The notes beneath the pieces are model-generated. The model saw nothing but the letters and a program-made list of their open reading frames with translations. It was not told where the DNA came from and searched no databases. From positions 1,056,001 through 1,120,000 of the forward strand of contig CM075997.1 in the NCBI GenBank assembly GCA_038087875.1: a stretch of DNA of 64,000 nucleotides, in the 5' to 3' direction. This stretch comes from Malacoraja senta (taxonomy: Eukaryota). The translations under genes and the position numbers were made by a program. Below, piece by piece: positions 39,351-53,042 of this stretch (the stretch's first letter is position 1; each line of letters starts with the position of its first letter).

Positions 39351-41040
39351 ATTAGTAACCTTTAACCCTTTGCCTTGAAGCAATTTATTAAAAGCAACTT
39401 CCTTTAAGGGTCTGCTGAAGGGTCTCGACCCGAAACGCCACCTATTCCTTTTCTCCAGAGATGCTGCCTGCCCCGCTGAGTAACTCCAGCATATTGTGAC
39501 AACCTTCCTTAAGACTCTGCTTCCAGCACTCTGTGAGGAAGAATATTTTAAAGACTGACCATTGTGAGAAAAAATATTCATCTTATCTTTTTCTTAAATA
39601 GAGATTCCTTCTTTTTTTAAACATGCTTCGAGTTCGGGATTTTCCCACAATAGGAAACACAGCATCCATCCTGTTGAGAATACAGAAAAAAATGTTGTAT
39701 GTATTAAGCGCAAACCCCCAGGATATGCGACATTCTGTTGTGGTCAACCATATCTTAAACATCAGGTCAAGACACATCGGGGAGAATAAATAGTCTGGTC
39801 CTGGGTGGAAACCTACAAGTTTATTCATAAAAAAAGCTACAGTATACAAGGATATTGCCAGCATTTACGAGGATGTTGCCAAGACTTAAGGGCCTGAGCT
39901 ACATGGGGAAATTGGCCAGGCTGGGACTTCATTCCTTAGAGGGCAGGAGGCTTAGGGGTGATCTTATAGAGGGGCTTAAAGTCATGAGGGCCGGGGAATT
40001 GATGGGGCGAATGCAGAGTCTTTAACCTGGGGTGGGGAATCAAGGAGAGAGGTTTAAGCTGAGAGGGAACCTGAGGGGCAACATTTTCACTCAGAGGGTG
40101 GTGGGTGTATGGAACAAGCTGCCAGAGGAGGTAGTTGAGGCCACTACTATAACAACACTTGGATAGGTACTATATGTGGGTAGGAAAGGTTCAGAGGACG
40201 GTGCTGGCTCGAAGGGCCGAATGGCCTCCTCCTGCACCTATTTTGTATGTTTCTATGTTTCTATGTAGGAATATGCTTTTATTATGGATAAATGGTTCGA
40301 CCTTAGATAGGGCACTTTGGTCGGCATGGATGAATTGGGCTAAAGTGGCTGTTTCCGCGCTCTTTGACTATATATGTAACGACTGATGTTGTAAAACCTG
40401 GTCGTTGGACTCTTTGTTCCATGGAAGGTCATGATGATGAAAGCAAACGGCCTTGTAGGCATATTGGGGGCATGGTTTGTGAACATCAGTACTGCTATTA
40501 TTCTTTACTAAACTGAACTATTTGGGACCTGGAGCCGTGATCTTCTAACTCTGAGCAGAATGCACCCACAACTCCATGAGGCAAACCAAACGTGAGCAGT
40601 GGTGTTGGGCAACTGGGCATCATTCATGGGCAACAGTGCCAGTCCATTTGTTAAAAGCATCTCTTTTCCAAATGCCACTTCATTCAGACTCCGCAATGCA
40701 CCAGATGATCGCGGCGTTCCAGGATAATTGTCTGTCTTCACATAGACCAGGGAATCACATGCAAGCTCTTCACTAGTTTTTTTTTAGTTTAGGGATAGAG
40801 AGCGGAAACAGGCCCACCTTTGGCCCACTGAGTCCGCGCCGACCAGCGATCTTTTACATTATACATTTATACCAAGCCAATTAACCTACAAACTTGTACA
40901 TCATTGGAGTGTGGGAGAAAACTCAGGCGGGTCATGGGGAGAACGTGCAAACTCCAGACAGATAGCAATGTGGTCAATATCGAACCAGGGTCTCCGACGA
41001 TGGAAGGCGGTAGTTCTAGCAGTACGCCGCTGTGCCACCC

Positions 41041-41570
41041 AATAGACAATAGACAATAGACAACAGGTGCAGGAGTAGGCCATTCGGCCCTTCGAGCCAG
41101 CACCGCCATTCAATGTGATCATGGCTGATCATCCCCAATCAGTATCCCGTTCCTGCCTTCTCCCCATATTCCCCATATTTTTAAGAGCCCTATCGAGCTC
41201 TCTCTTGAAAGCATCCAGAGAACCTGCCTCCACCGCCCTCTGAGGCAGAGAATTCCACACACTCACCACTCTCTGTGAGAAAAAGTGTTTCTTCGTCTCC
41301 GTTCTAAATGGCTTACTCCTTATTCTTAAACTGTGACCCCTGGTTCTGGACTCCCCCAACATCGGGAACATGTTTCCTGCCTCTAGCGTGTCCAAACCCT
41401 TAACAATCTTATATGTTTCAATGAGATGCCCTCTCATCCTTCTAAACTCCAGAGTGTACAAGCCCAGCCGCTCCATTCTCTCAGCATATGACAGTCCCGC
41501 CACCCCGGGAATTAACCTTGTAAACCTACGCTGCACTCCCTCAATAGCAAGAATGTCCTTCCTCAAATTA
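41041..41570 (-). mobile_element. CR1-clade LINE 3' end
   Basis: DILAIEGVQRRFTRLIPG...FFSQRVVSVWNSLP; (TCTATTG)n tail. Confidence 0.9.
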
Positions 41571-42421
41571 GGAAGGACCTTCCTCAATGACACCTCTTTT
41601 CCGAATGCCACATCCTCACCCCGCAATGTATCAAATGATGACACCGTGCCAGGGTAATTATAGACCAGGGAATCACATGCAAAATCTTTGCTAGTTTAGT
41701 TTAGTTTTTTTTAGTTTAGAGGTAGAACACGGAAACAGGCCCTTCGCCCCACCGAGTCCGCGCCGACCAGCGATCCCCGCACACTAACACTGTCCGTCCG
41801 ACACACACTAGGGACAATTTTACACTTCACCTACAAACCTGTACGTCTTTGGAGTGTGGGAGGAAACCGAAGATCTCGGAGAAAACCCCACGCAGGTCAC
41901 GGGGAGAACGTACGGACAAGCACCCATTGTCAGGATCGAAACCGGGTCTCTGGCGCTGTGAGGCAGCAACTCTACCGCTGCGCCTTAATTGAGTAAATGA
42001 AGCCTATGTGGCAACAAAGATCTCTGAATAATACTACTTTACTGAACCTTGCCCATCAATAATGGTGAGGTCTACTCAGTTTCTATGCAGCGATGACAAA
42101 ATGCCTGGATTTATATGCTTTGCTTATATACTAAATAAACAAGCGTGAAGGGTACAGCTAAACACTTCACTTATTTATTTAGCCTATAAATGGACTTACC
42201 TCAATGTGAAGCATAAAACATCAACACTGGTAACTCTGGTGCTCAAGTCAACTTTGAACTACTAACTGTGTATAACTCACGTCTGAGTTTGGAAATATCA
42301 AATGCTCGTTGCATAGCTTTAAGTTGGGAGGTCAAAGTTTAAAGAACATGTGTGGACCAAGTTCTATTGTTACACATGCCAGGGGTGGGGGTGGTGGTTG
42401 AGACAGATAAGGTAGCAAGGT

Positions 42422-43034
42422 AGGGAGGTTCTACTGCAGTTGTACAGGGTCTTGGTGAGGCCACACCTGAAGTATTGCGTACAGTTTTGGTCACCAAATC
42501 TGAGGACAGACATTCTTGCCATAGAGGGAGTACAGAGAAGGTTCACCAGACTGATTCCTGGGATGGCAGGACTTTCATATGAAGAAAGACTGGATAGACT
42601 CGGCTTGTACTCGCTAGAATTTAGAAGATTGAGGGGGGATCTTATAGAAACTTACAAGATTCTTAAGGGGTTGGACAGGCTAGATGCAGGAAGATTGTTC
42701 CCGATGTTGGGGAAGTCCAGGACAAGGGGTCACAGTTTAAGGATAAGGGGGAAGTCTTTTAGGCCCGAGATGAGAAAATCATTTTTCACACAGAGAGTGG
42801 TGAATCTGTGGAATTCTCTGCCACAGAAGGTAGTTGAGGCCAGTTCATTGGCTATATTTAAGAGGGAGTTAGATGTGGCCCTTGTGGCTAAAGGGATCAG
42901 GGGGTATGGAGAGAAGGCAGGTACAGGATACTGAGTTGGATGATCAGCCATGATCACATTGAATGGCGGTGCAGGCTCGAAGGGCCGAATGGCCTACTCC
43001 TGCACCTATTTTCTATGTTTCTATGTTTCTATGT
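42422..43034 (+). mobile_element. CR1-clade LINE 3' end, young
   Basis: Open frame LYRVLVRPHLKYCVQFWSP...LGLYSLEFRRLRGDLIETYKI...FFTQRVVNLWNSLP; (TTTCTATG)n tail. Confidence 0.92.
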
Positions 43035-43994
43035 TTGGAGGGATATGGATCACGTGCAGGCAGAGACCAGTTTAAGTTGGCATCATGGATAGACACGAAT
43101 AGCTGGAGTAACTCAGCGGGACAGACGGCATCTCTGGAGAGAAGGAATGGGTGACGTTTTGTCTCGGTCCGAAAAGTCACATTTACTAATAACATTTAAT
43201 AGATATTGGATAGATACATGGATTGGAAAGCTTTAGAGGGATATGGACAATCGTAAGCAAATGGGATGCTTAGATGAGGCATCACGTTCATACGTTCTAG
43301 CAGCAAAATATGGCCATTCGGCCCATCAAGTCTACGCCGCCATTCAATCATGGCTGATCTATCTCTCCCTCCTAACCTCATTCTCCTCCCTTCTCCCCAT
43401 AACCTCTGACACCCGTACAAATCAAGAACCTATCTATCTACGCTGTAAAAATATCCATGGGCTTGGCCTCCACAAATGCCTGTGGCATCTTGGCCAGCAC
43501 GGACGAGTGGGGCCGAAGGGCCTGTTTCCGTGCTGGATGACGCTATGATTCTAACTCATGCCATTTCTCCTTTTACAGTAACTGCTTGCCAAGAAACATC
43601 AGAACCTCTGAGGATGATTTTTTATTGTTTCTGGTTCAGCAGTGATTCTTTGTACCTGTCCTAATTATACCAATCATTCCTCTCCGCTGGTGGCCCTCCG
43701 GGGCTGGAGACATCTCCTGGTGTGGTCCCAAAGCCCATGGACATAGAAAGCCCCTGTTCTGATCCCTGCTCAGCGGTGCCATGACTTGCTCTTAACATGA
43801 AAGTAAAACAGAGAACCAGAGGTGCTGCTTCTGTTCACAAGGGGCACCTTCAGCAACAGACTGGTTCCAACAAGATACAATATGGAACGCCACAGGAGAT
43901 CCTTCCTCCCTGTGGCTATCAAACTGTACAAATCCTCCCCCTTCTGCCGTGTGATAGACTGGCTCCTCCACGCCACCCCATCAATTTCCCTCCT

Positions 43995-44311
43995 AGTTTT
44001 AGTTTCAGAGCTAAAGCGCGGAAACAGGCCCTTCGGCCCAGCGGGTCCGCGCCGACCAGCGATCCCCGCATATTAACACTATCCTACACACACCAGGGAC
44101 AATTTTTACATTGACACCAAGCCAATTAACCTACAAACCTGTACGTCTTTGGAGTGTGGGAGGAAACCGAAGATCTCGGAGAAGATCACGCAGGTCGGGG
44201 GAGAACGTACAAACTCCGTACAGACAGCACCCGCAGTCGGGATCGAACCCGGGTCTCCGGCGTTGCATTCGCTGTAAGGCAGCAGCTCTACCGCTGCGCC
44301 ACCGTGCCGCC
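43995..44311 (-). mobile_element. HE1-like V-SINE
   Basis: Reverse complement of the SINE at 58513 with intact A and B boxes. Confidence 0.85.
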
Positions 44312-46207
44312 CTGTTCCATCGTGTCATATCATATCGTATCGAGATTCCTGCTAGAAAACGTGCGTCCGTATATGTGCGTGCATGTTCGTGTAAAATCTG
44401 CAGTTGGGGAAACACGCAACAGGAGGCGAGTCTGGGTTCTGGGCTTCCAGGAGTGATGCGCTTAACCTGTATTTGCACTGATGGGCCGAAGGGCCAGTTT
44501 CCGTGCTGCACAGCTTTATGAGTCTATGATCCTACAACTGGATACGAAAACATTTTTTTGGGAAGAGCAAAAGGTCTGAAAGGTGTGATGTAATTATAAT
44601 TTGCTTGAGGCTTCGGAAAATTCATCGAAAAAAAATATTTTAAATAAAGTTTGCCACTCACAAGACACCGAAGAAAGCAGAGAAAAAGGCCAAGACACAA
44701 ACCTGAAATCTTTCGTAGACACAAAAAGCTGGAGCAACTCAGCAGGTCAGGCAGCATCTCTGGAGAAAATAAAAATTGGTGACGTTTTGGGTCGAGACCC
44801 TTCTTCAGACCTGAAATGCCCCCTATTCTTTTTCTCCAGAGATGCTGTCTGACCCGCTGAGTTACTCCAGCTTTTTGTGTGGATCTTTGGTTCAAACTAT
44901 CTCCAGCATCTGCGGTTCCTTTCGACACTGGAATCTTTTATAAGTCTGGTATATAATTTTAGAGAATTCTGGACAACCCACTCAGACTACTATTAATTAT
45001 GCCTTTTGTACCTTACAGCCAATATCAACACATAGTTTAATAGTGTGTCTGCAATTACAAAGAGCAGGATAAGAGGCAGTGTTTAAGGATAAAGCTTCAT
45101 CCACACATTCCTAACGTGCTTTGTTGCCATCCAACCCCCCACCAGTAACACCTCACCAAATCTCCACAGGATCACACGTTAAACTTGATTTCACCTGCAA
45201 ACAATGATCATGAAGACATGGCCATATGGTCAGAAGTGGTAAAGCAGAATTAGGCCATTCGGCCCATCAAGTCTACTCCGCCATTGAATCATGGCTGATC
45301 TATCTCTCCCTCCGTCCTAACCCCATTCTCCTGCCTTCTCCCCATAACCCCTGACACCCGTACCATTCAAGAATCTATCTATCTCCATTGACTTGGCCTC
45401 CACTGCCTTCGGTGGCAAAGAATTCCACCCTTTGACTGAAGAAATTCCTTCTTATTTCCTTCCAAAAAGAATGTCATTTAATTCTGAGGCTGTGGCCTCT
45501 AGACTCTCCAACTAGTGGAAATATCCCCTCCACAGCCACTCTATCCAAACCTTTCACTATTCGGTAAGTTTCAACGACGTGCCCCCTCATTCTGCTAAAC
45601 TCTTGCGAGTACAGGCCCAGTGCTCATCGTATGTTAACCCAATCATTCCTGGGATCATTCTTGTAAACCTCCTCTGGACCCTCTCTGGAGCCAGCACATC
45701 CTTCCCCAGATACGGTGCCCAAAATTGTATGACATGTTACCCATGTCGTGTCCCAGCTACACTAGTCCCACCTGCCCCGCGTTTGGTCCATATCCCTCCA
45801 AACCTGCCCTATCCATGTTCCTGTCTAAGGTACACAAAAATGCTGGAGAAACTCAGCGGGTGCAGCAGCATCTATGGAGCGAAGGAGATAGGCAACGTTT
45901 CGGGCCGAAACCCTTGTTCCTGTCTTAAACTGTTTCTTAAATGTTGGGATAGTCCCTGCCTCAACTACCTCCTCTGGCAGCTCTTTCCATAACCCCCCCC
46001 CCCCCTTGTGTGAAAATGTTACCCCTCAGATTCCTATTTAATCTTTCCCCTTCACCCTAATCCTCTGTCCACTTGCAGTTGTAAACTCTCTTTAAAAAAG
46101 ATATATTTGAGCTGGCAAGATTTTTATTGCACCAGTACCTCAGAGAATTTGTGTAAATGATAAAAACGTTCTGTTATTGTACAGTGACATTTAGTTTATA
46201 ATCAAGG

Positions 46208-46222
46208 AGCGCCCTCTACTGC
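46208..46222 (-). promoter_or_regulatory. CTCF-like motif ~2 kb upstream of the first ALKBH6 coding exon
   Basis: Reverse strand GCAGTAGAGGGCGCT resembles the CTCF core consensus; motif match only. Confidence 0.35.
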
Positions 46223-46846
46223 AGGCTTTATTAAACAGGTTGTTTTTATTCGGAGAGCCTTTCTTGCTGAACGGAAGGGAGACACAACATGCTACACACG
46301 GAACTGACTTATTTCCAGGGAAATCAATAGCATGCAGGAGGTAGTTTGGTTTAGTTGAGAGATACAGATGTAAGGCAGCAACTCTACCGCTGCAAACGCC
46401 ACCACTTTTATAATCAAGGGATTGGATAACCTCAGGGATGGAAAGAATTAAAAAAATATATATTATTTAGCTGTGAGAAGCGTTGAGCAACAGTGATATT
46501 CGGGACTAAAATCAGAGGTATTATTCCACAGCCTGGGATTTCAACTTGCACTAAGCGTTATTGCCTTTATCCTACATGGCGGAAGGCTTTTGCACTAAAC
46601 TATTTATTGTAACCATTTGATTGTAACAATGTTATAGTCTTTCAGCTGACTGGATAGGCGGTGTAACAAAAAGCTTATCACTGGACGTCGGCACATGTGG
46701 CAATTAACTAAAAGCACCTTGCACCAAAGATTATAGATACGGATGATCTATGATCTTTGCCTTGCACTATGCAGCAACGTCCAGTTCCCAGTTAGCGAGG
46801 AGAGGGACGATGGCTGGAGGTTTTGCAGCCAGGAACACAGATATTT

Positions 46847-46942
46847 GTCTGAAGAAGGGTTTCGGCCCGAAACGTTGCCTATTTCCTTCGCTCCATAGAT
46901 GCTGCTGCACCCGCTGAGTTTCTCCAGCATTTTTGTGTACCA
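46847..46942 (+). mobile_element. 96-nt Penelope-derived mini-element (UUCG-loop hammerhead variant)
   Basis: 10-bp TSD acagatattt (46837-46846 / 46943-46952). Confidence 0.75.
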
Positions 46943-48334
46943 ACAGATATTTAAGCCCAGCTACAGCTTGGATTTTGAAAATGGTGCCAAGCCTGGCAGC
47001 TCTTACATACGGTAGGCTATTTCTATACACGTTGCACCTAATTTGGAAATGTGCTTATGAGTTTATTTGGGGTGCAGCAGTAGAGTTGGTGCCTGCCTGA
47101 CTGCTTTATCTGCGGCATATCACTATAAAACACTCTTGACTATACCTTTTGGCCGATGGGAGAGGCCAGGGGGAGGAGAGAGAAGAGAGGGAGTGTGTGT
47201 GTTGTGTGTGTTTTTTAGATATGAGTTGCTGGGAGTGTGGTTGCAATTTCACTGGGTGACATTCACAAGCGAAGGGATTGGAGCCTGGTTATATTTCACA
47301 GGGGGACACAGCAGTGGTCCTGGGAGGAGGGCACATTGCCTCTTACCAACCCCAGAGCCCTTGTTTGTGGACAAGTCTGACGGACGTGTAATGTGAAAAG
47401 GTCAGGGGTTAATACCGAAGGTTGACACAAAATGCCGGAGTAACATCAGCGGGACAGGCAGCGTCTCTGGAGAGAAGCATCTATGGAGCGAAGGAAATAG
47501 GCGACGTTTCGGGTCGAGACCCTTCCTCGGACTCCAGGGACAGCGGCAGTAAATGGAACAAATGAATGAAAATTATACAAAAAATGTAACGATAGGTCTC
47601 TTGCACAGAGTAGGAGGAATCGAGGACCAGAGGACATCGGTTTAAGGTGAAGGGGAAAAGATTTAACAGGAATCTGAGCACTAACCTTCTCACACAAAGG
47701 GTGGTGGGTGTATGGAACAAGCTGCCAGAGGAGGTGGTTGAGGCTGGGACTATCCCAACGTTTAAGAAACAGTTAGACAGGTACATGGATAGGACAGGTT
47801 TGGAGGGATATGGACCAAACGCAGGCAGGTGGGACTAGTGTAGCTGGGACATGTTGGCCAGTGTGGGCCTCACCCGCTGAGTTACTCCAGCATTTTGTGT
47901 CTACTACCTTCATGCTATTTGTCAATGTCAATAGATATTTTGTTGAAATAATTCGACAATAAGTGTGGAAAGAACGTTGTTTGAGAAAGATGCTGTAAAA
48001 ACAAAGGTAGACAAAAATGCTGGAGAAACTCAGCGGGTGAGGCAGCATCTATGGAGCGAAGGAAATAGGCAACGTTTCGGGCCGAAACCCGGAAGGGTTT
48101 CGGCCTGAAACGTTGTCTATTTCCTTCAGTGTTTCGGCCCGAAACGTTGCCTATTTCCTTCGCTCCATAGATGCTGCTGCACCCGCTGAGTTTCTCCAGC
48201 ACTTTTGTCTACTCACGTGTTTAATAGTTTCCTGTTCTTTACCTACAGGTGCGTGGCTTTGAGTGTTAACCTTGACAAGGGTCCTCCTATTCATTTAGAA
48301 GAACAAATGTTCCAGCCATCGATTTGAGCTTGCC

Positions 48335-48388
48335 ATGGATGTCCAGAACTGTGGTGCACCTGAGCTGGAGCTTCACCGTGTAGATCAG
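48335..48388 (+). CDS. ALKBH6: AlkB homolog 6, first coding exon (exon begins at 48249)
   Basis: gccATGG Kozak context; MDVQNCGAPELELHRVDQ|gttcgt; length and ending resemble mammalian ...LEPFRVEQ. Confidence 0.8.
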
Positions 48389-49095
48389 GTTCGTTAAAGC
48401 CTAATATTCTTTGGGGAGAGGGTGAGGGTGCTGATCTGCAGATTAAATTAGCTTCAGGAAGGAATTGCAGATGCTGGTTTAAACCGAAGATAGACACAAA
48501 AAGCTGGAGTAACTCAGCGGGACAGACTCTTCTCTGAAGAAAAGGAATAGAAAATAATGACATTTTGGGTCTTCGACCTGAAACGTCACCCACTCCTTCT
48601 CACCAGAGATGCTGTCTGACCCGGGGAGTTACTCCAGCTTTTCGTGTCCATCTTTAGCGTGAATGGGTGATCGACGGTCGGCATGGACTCAGTGGGCCGA
48701 AGGGCCTGTTTCCACGCTGTCTATCTGAATCGAATAGAACATACTCTCTGAACCTGTGTGAGAAAGAACTGCAGATGCTGGATAAAATCGAAGGTTGGCA
48801 AAAAATGCTGGAGCAACTCAGCGGGTGAGGCAGCATCTATGGAGAGAAGGAATGGGTGACGTTTCGGGTCGAGACACGAAACGTCACCCATTCCTTCTCT
48901 CCATAGATGCTGCCTCGCCCGCTGAGTTGCTCCTTCTCTCTGACCTGCTGAGTTACTCCAGCCTTTTGTGTCTATCTTCGGTTAAATTTGCCTTTGGCCT
49001 TAAAACTCGTTGTTCCTCTGCTGGTACAGCGACTGAGATCAGGTTCAGTGTTGTTCATGTCTTGCATCCTGAACAATAAGCAAATGACAGAAAGG

Positions 49096-49547
49096 TCATA
49101 TGCTGAGAGAATGGAGCGGCTGGGCTTGTATACTCTGGAGTTTAGAAGGATGAGAGGGGATCTCATTGAAACATATAAGATTATTAAGGGTTTGGACACG
49201 CTAGAAGGAAGGAAACATTTTCCCGATGTTGGGCAAGTCCAGAACCAGGGGCCACAGTTTAAGAATAAGGAGTAAGCCATTTAGAACAGAGACGAGGAAA
49301 CACTTTTTCACACAGACAGTTGTGAGTCTGTGGAATTCTCTGCCTCAGAGGGCGGTGGAGGCTGGTTCTCTGGATGCTTTCAATAGAGCTAGATAGGGCT
49401 CTTAAAAAAGCAGAGTCAGGGGATATGGGGAGAAGGCAGGAACGGGGGTACTGGATTGGGGATGATCAGCCATGATCACATTGAATGGCGGTGCTGGCTC
49501 GAAGGGCAGAATGGCCTGCTCCTGCCACCTATTGTCTATTGTCTATT
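49096..49547 (+). mobile_element. CR1-clade LINE 3' end (ALKBH6 intron)
   Basis: SYAERMERLGLYTLEFRRMRGDLIETYKI; (TCTATTG)n tail. Confidence 0.88.
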
Positions 49548-49702
49548 GTAAGCTCGTCCCACCTTCCATCTCATGATTGAAGGAATCTTGTCAAAAACAA
49601 AATGGTGGTCCTGGCATGGAATTATCGGACCGCAGCACGACAATGGGCCCTTTTGCCATTGAGCCTCTGTTGACAATTAACCGACCCGTTAATTTCACTA
49701 AT

Positions 49703-49929
49703 CAAGGGTTCCCAACCTGGGGTACATTTACCCCAGGAGGTAAATGTCAACCTGCCAGGGGGTAAATTTGAGTTGATTCTGGATTTGTAGATATTTTTTC
49801 TCATTGACTGACTGTGTTTGGTCTGGTATCTGTTCATCATTTAGTTGTTCATAAATAAGTGAAATAACATTGTTATGTGCTGTTAAAGTTGCCGGGGGTA
49901 AACGGGACGAACAAGGTTGCGAACCCCTG
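49703..49929. mobile_element. hAT-type MITE
   Basis: TIR CAAGGGTTCCCAACCT / AGGTTGCGAACCCCTG; flanks cactaatc/gactaatc. Confidence 0.65.
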
Positions 49930-50290
49930 GACTAATCCAACTTCAATCCCAATTTGATCTACTTTCTACCTTCAGTCTGAAGAAGGGTTTTGAAATTATT
50001 TTTTCTCCAGAGATGCTGCCTGTCCCGCTGTGTTACTCCAGCACTTTGTATCTATCTTCGGTCTAAACCAGCATCTGCAGTTCAAAGGTGCAAAGGTTCT
50101 TTATTAGTCACATACACCAATTGGTGTCGTATTGCCATTGCAGCACATTTAAAAAAAAAAATTAAAAAAAGAATACAAACAATACAATAAAGGAAATGTA
50201 AACATAAAGAAACTCTAGTTCCTCCCTACACTAACATAGAAGCATCATCAATTTCTACGACATTACATTAGCATCTAAATAGAAGTGCTA

Positions 50291-51438
50291 TAAAAGGATC
50301 GGGGACATGTATGAAATGGGAGATTTATTATCATTTCAACAATTACAATTAAAATTTAAACTGAAAAACACTCATTATTTTAAATATTTTCAGATTTGTA
50401 ATTTCTTGAAGACATACATACAGGGATATCAAAAAATAACTCCTGATTTACTAGAAGAAGTAATGAATATAAAAGCTGATACACAAAAAATAATATCATA
50501 TTTATATAATAGTATCTTAAATATAGATTTACCTGTGACCGAGGTAATTAGAGAAGAGTGGGAACGGGAATTATTGATAAAAATTACGAAGGCTACATGG
50601 GAAAAGTATTTGACATACATTCACATGTGTTCGATTAACGCAAGACATAATCTAATCCAATTTAAAATTTTACATAGATTATATTACTCAAAAATAGGAT
50701 TAAATGAATTTTATCCAAATATATCGCCCATTTGCGATAAATGTTTAACACAAGACGCAACTATAAACACACTCTTTTGTTTCTTGTATAAAACTTCATG
50801 GATTTTGGAGTGATATTTTCGAAATATTTACAAAATTATTTAAGACAAAAATGGAACCCAATAATGAATTGATTATATTTGGGGTAATGGAAGACGGGAA
50901 CAAATTGAGCTCATATCAAAAGTCAATTTTTAATTATGGTTTAATAATAGCAAAAAAAATAATATTGAAATTTTGGAAAAATACACCAATACCAACGCTC
51001 AAAATGTGGATTGCAAGTATGTTGGATACCGCACATCTTGAGGAAATGCGATTCCTCCTAATAGATAAATTTGACCAATTCATAACGAGTTGGTCTCCAT
51101 TTGTCGTCTTTTTGGAAACATATGGTGCAACACAAGTGTAAAAGCTAATCCGTGACTGGGGATGGTCAAGATTATAAATGATCTCCTTACTTCTATTTTC
51201 TTTTCTTCTCTTTTCTTCTTTTACTCTCTTTCTTCTATTTTCTATGTCTCAACTTTCTTTTTTCACCCTCTTTTTCTTTTTCACACACTATATATCTCAC
51301 ATTTTCTATTTTTCATTATCTAACTTTTCTCTTTTTATTCTTTATTACACTTTTTTTTTTAAAAGAAGCTGTACATAAAAGGTATTATGAAAATATGATT
51401 GTATACAATTGTACTTACTTCTAATAAAATAAAAATAT
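50291..51438 (+). mobile_element. L1-clade LINE, 5'-truncated ORF2 C-terminus plus 3' UTR
   Basis: IQFKILHRLY...CDKC motif, AT-rich, A-rich tail; 15-bp TSD taaatagaagtgcta (50276-50290 / 51439-51453). Confidence 0.85.
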
Positions 51439-51668
51439 TAAATAGAAGTGCTAATCTATGATTCAGTCAAGAAACACATTTTGTTCCAGATTGTAATTAT
51501 ATACACTATTCCTCGTTAGCCCATTTCCTTCAACACCCCTTTGCCTATCGGTATTCTGGGTCTGTTTGTTTTTTTGTTTCTGATTTAATATTTTCAAAGT
51601 GATCGCCTCTCTCTGATGCTAGTTATGAGGTAATGCACCATTACTGAATTTTGCTTTCTTCCTTTTAG

Positions 51669-51737
51669 GCTCCGGCAACTGTATATTACATCCCCAACTT
51701 TATCACTGAGTCAGAAGAAAATTATCTTCTGCAGCAG
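51669..51737 (+). CDS. ALKBH6: ALKBH6 coding exon 2
   Basis: ttttag|APATVYYIPNFITESEENYLLQQ|gtagg, 69 nt. Confidence 0.92.
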
Positions 51738-52088
51738 GTAGGTTACTGCAGAAAATGCTTGGAGGCCTGTTTATCTCTCTTAACTGAGGTTGTTTTGTTT
51801 TTCATTTGGTTGGAGTCATAGAGTCTTGCAGCGTGGAAACAGGCCCTTCGGCCCACCTTGCCCACATGTGCTATCTACTCTAGTCCCAAAGTATTATATT
51901 ACTTTATCTCTAAGCTAAAGTAAACTATAATATGTAAAGTTGGTTGTGTGTCTTGTAAAATTGTTTCCTTTTGTTGTATGGCTGCAGAAACCAAAGTTCC
52001 TAACGGATAAATGAAGTTCATTGAATTGAATTGAATTGAAGAGCAAAAGAGGAAAATACAGAGCGCAGAATGTAGTTCTCAGCATTGT

Positions 52089-52229
52089 TGTCTTCTTCTT
52101 GCGTGTGGCGTGCACAGCCTAAAGTTGTAGGACAACTTGTTCTATTTGATCTTATTTGATTGTGCACGCCAGGTTGATTGCATTCGTCAAAACAGGGCGG
52201 ACCAGGTGAAGGTTGCAATCTCCCACCCC
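52089..52229 (-). mobile_element. second copy of the HDV-like-ribozyme-headed retroposon
   Basis: TSD agcattgt (52081-52088 / 52230-52237); ribozyme fold 52229-52176; (AAG)n tail. Confidence 0.8.
52176..52229 (-). ncRNA. predicted minimal HDV-like self-cleaving ribozyme
   Basis: P1 GGGGUGG/CCGCCCU with G1-U wobble, P2 GAUUGCA/UGCAAUC, P3 ACC/GGU, L3 UUCACCU (one change from consensus), J4/2 CGAA. Confidence 0.7.
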
Positions 52230-52742
52230 AGCATTGTAGTACATCTGGCCCATAGACCAAGAGTAGGCGAAATGTGTAGGAAGGAACTGCAGATAGAAAC
52301 ATAGAAAATAGGTACAGGAGTAGGCCATTCGGCCCTTCGAGCCTGCACCGCCATTCAATGATGCTGGTTTAAACCGAAGATAGACACAATAAGCTGGAGT
52401 AACTCAGCGGGACGGGCAGCATCTCTGGAGGGAAGGAATGGGTGACCTTCTGAAGAAGGGTCTCAACCCGAAACGTCACCCATTCCTTCTCTCCAGAGAT
52501 GCTGCCTGTCCCGCTGAGTTACTCCAGCTTTTAGTGTCCATTCGGACTAAGGGTACAATAGGTTCGTATCAAAAGCTTCTGCGAAATCTCCTCAAGGTAT
52601 GCCTACTTTGAAGACGTTCTCCTCCCTCTGTGATTCCCCCTTCCCACTGGCTCCTCGTCTTCCTTTCTTCTTGTTTAAGAAGGAACTGCAGATGCTGGAA
52701 AATCGAAGGTAGACAAAAATGCTGGAGAAACTCAGCGGGTGA

Positions 52743-53042
<300 letters not shown>

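Noticed and set aside
42191..42330. Strong minus-strand donor GAG|GTAAGT in the intergenic region
   Set aside because: No convincing open frame or partner exons; cannot support a gene
47990..48215. Repeated palindromic GTTTCGGGCCGAAAC units that look like CRISPR repeats or terminators
   Set aside because: Eukaryotic context, no unique spacers or cas genes; they are rearranged Penelope-derived hairpins
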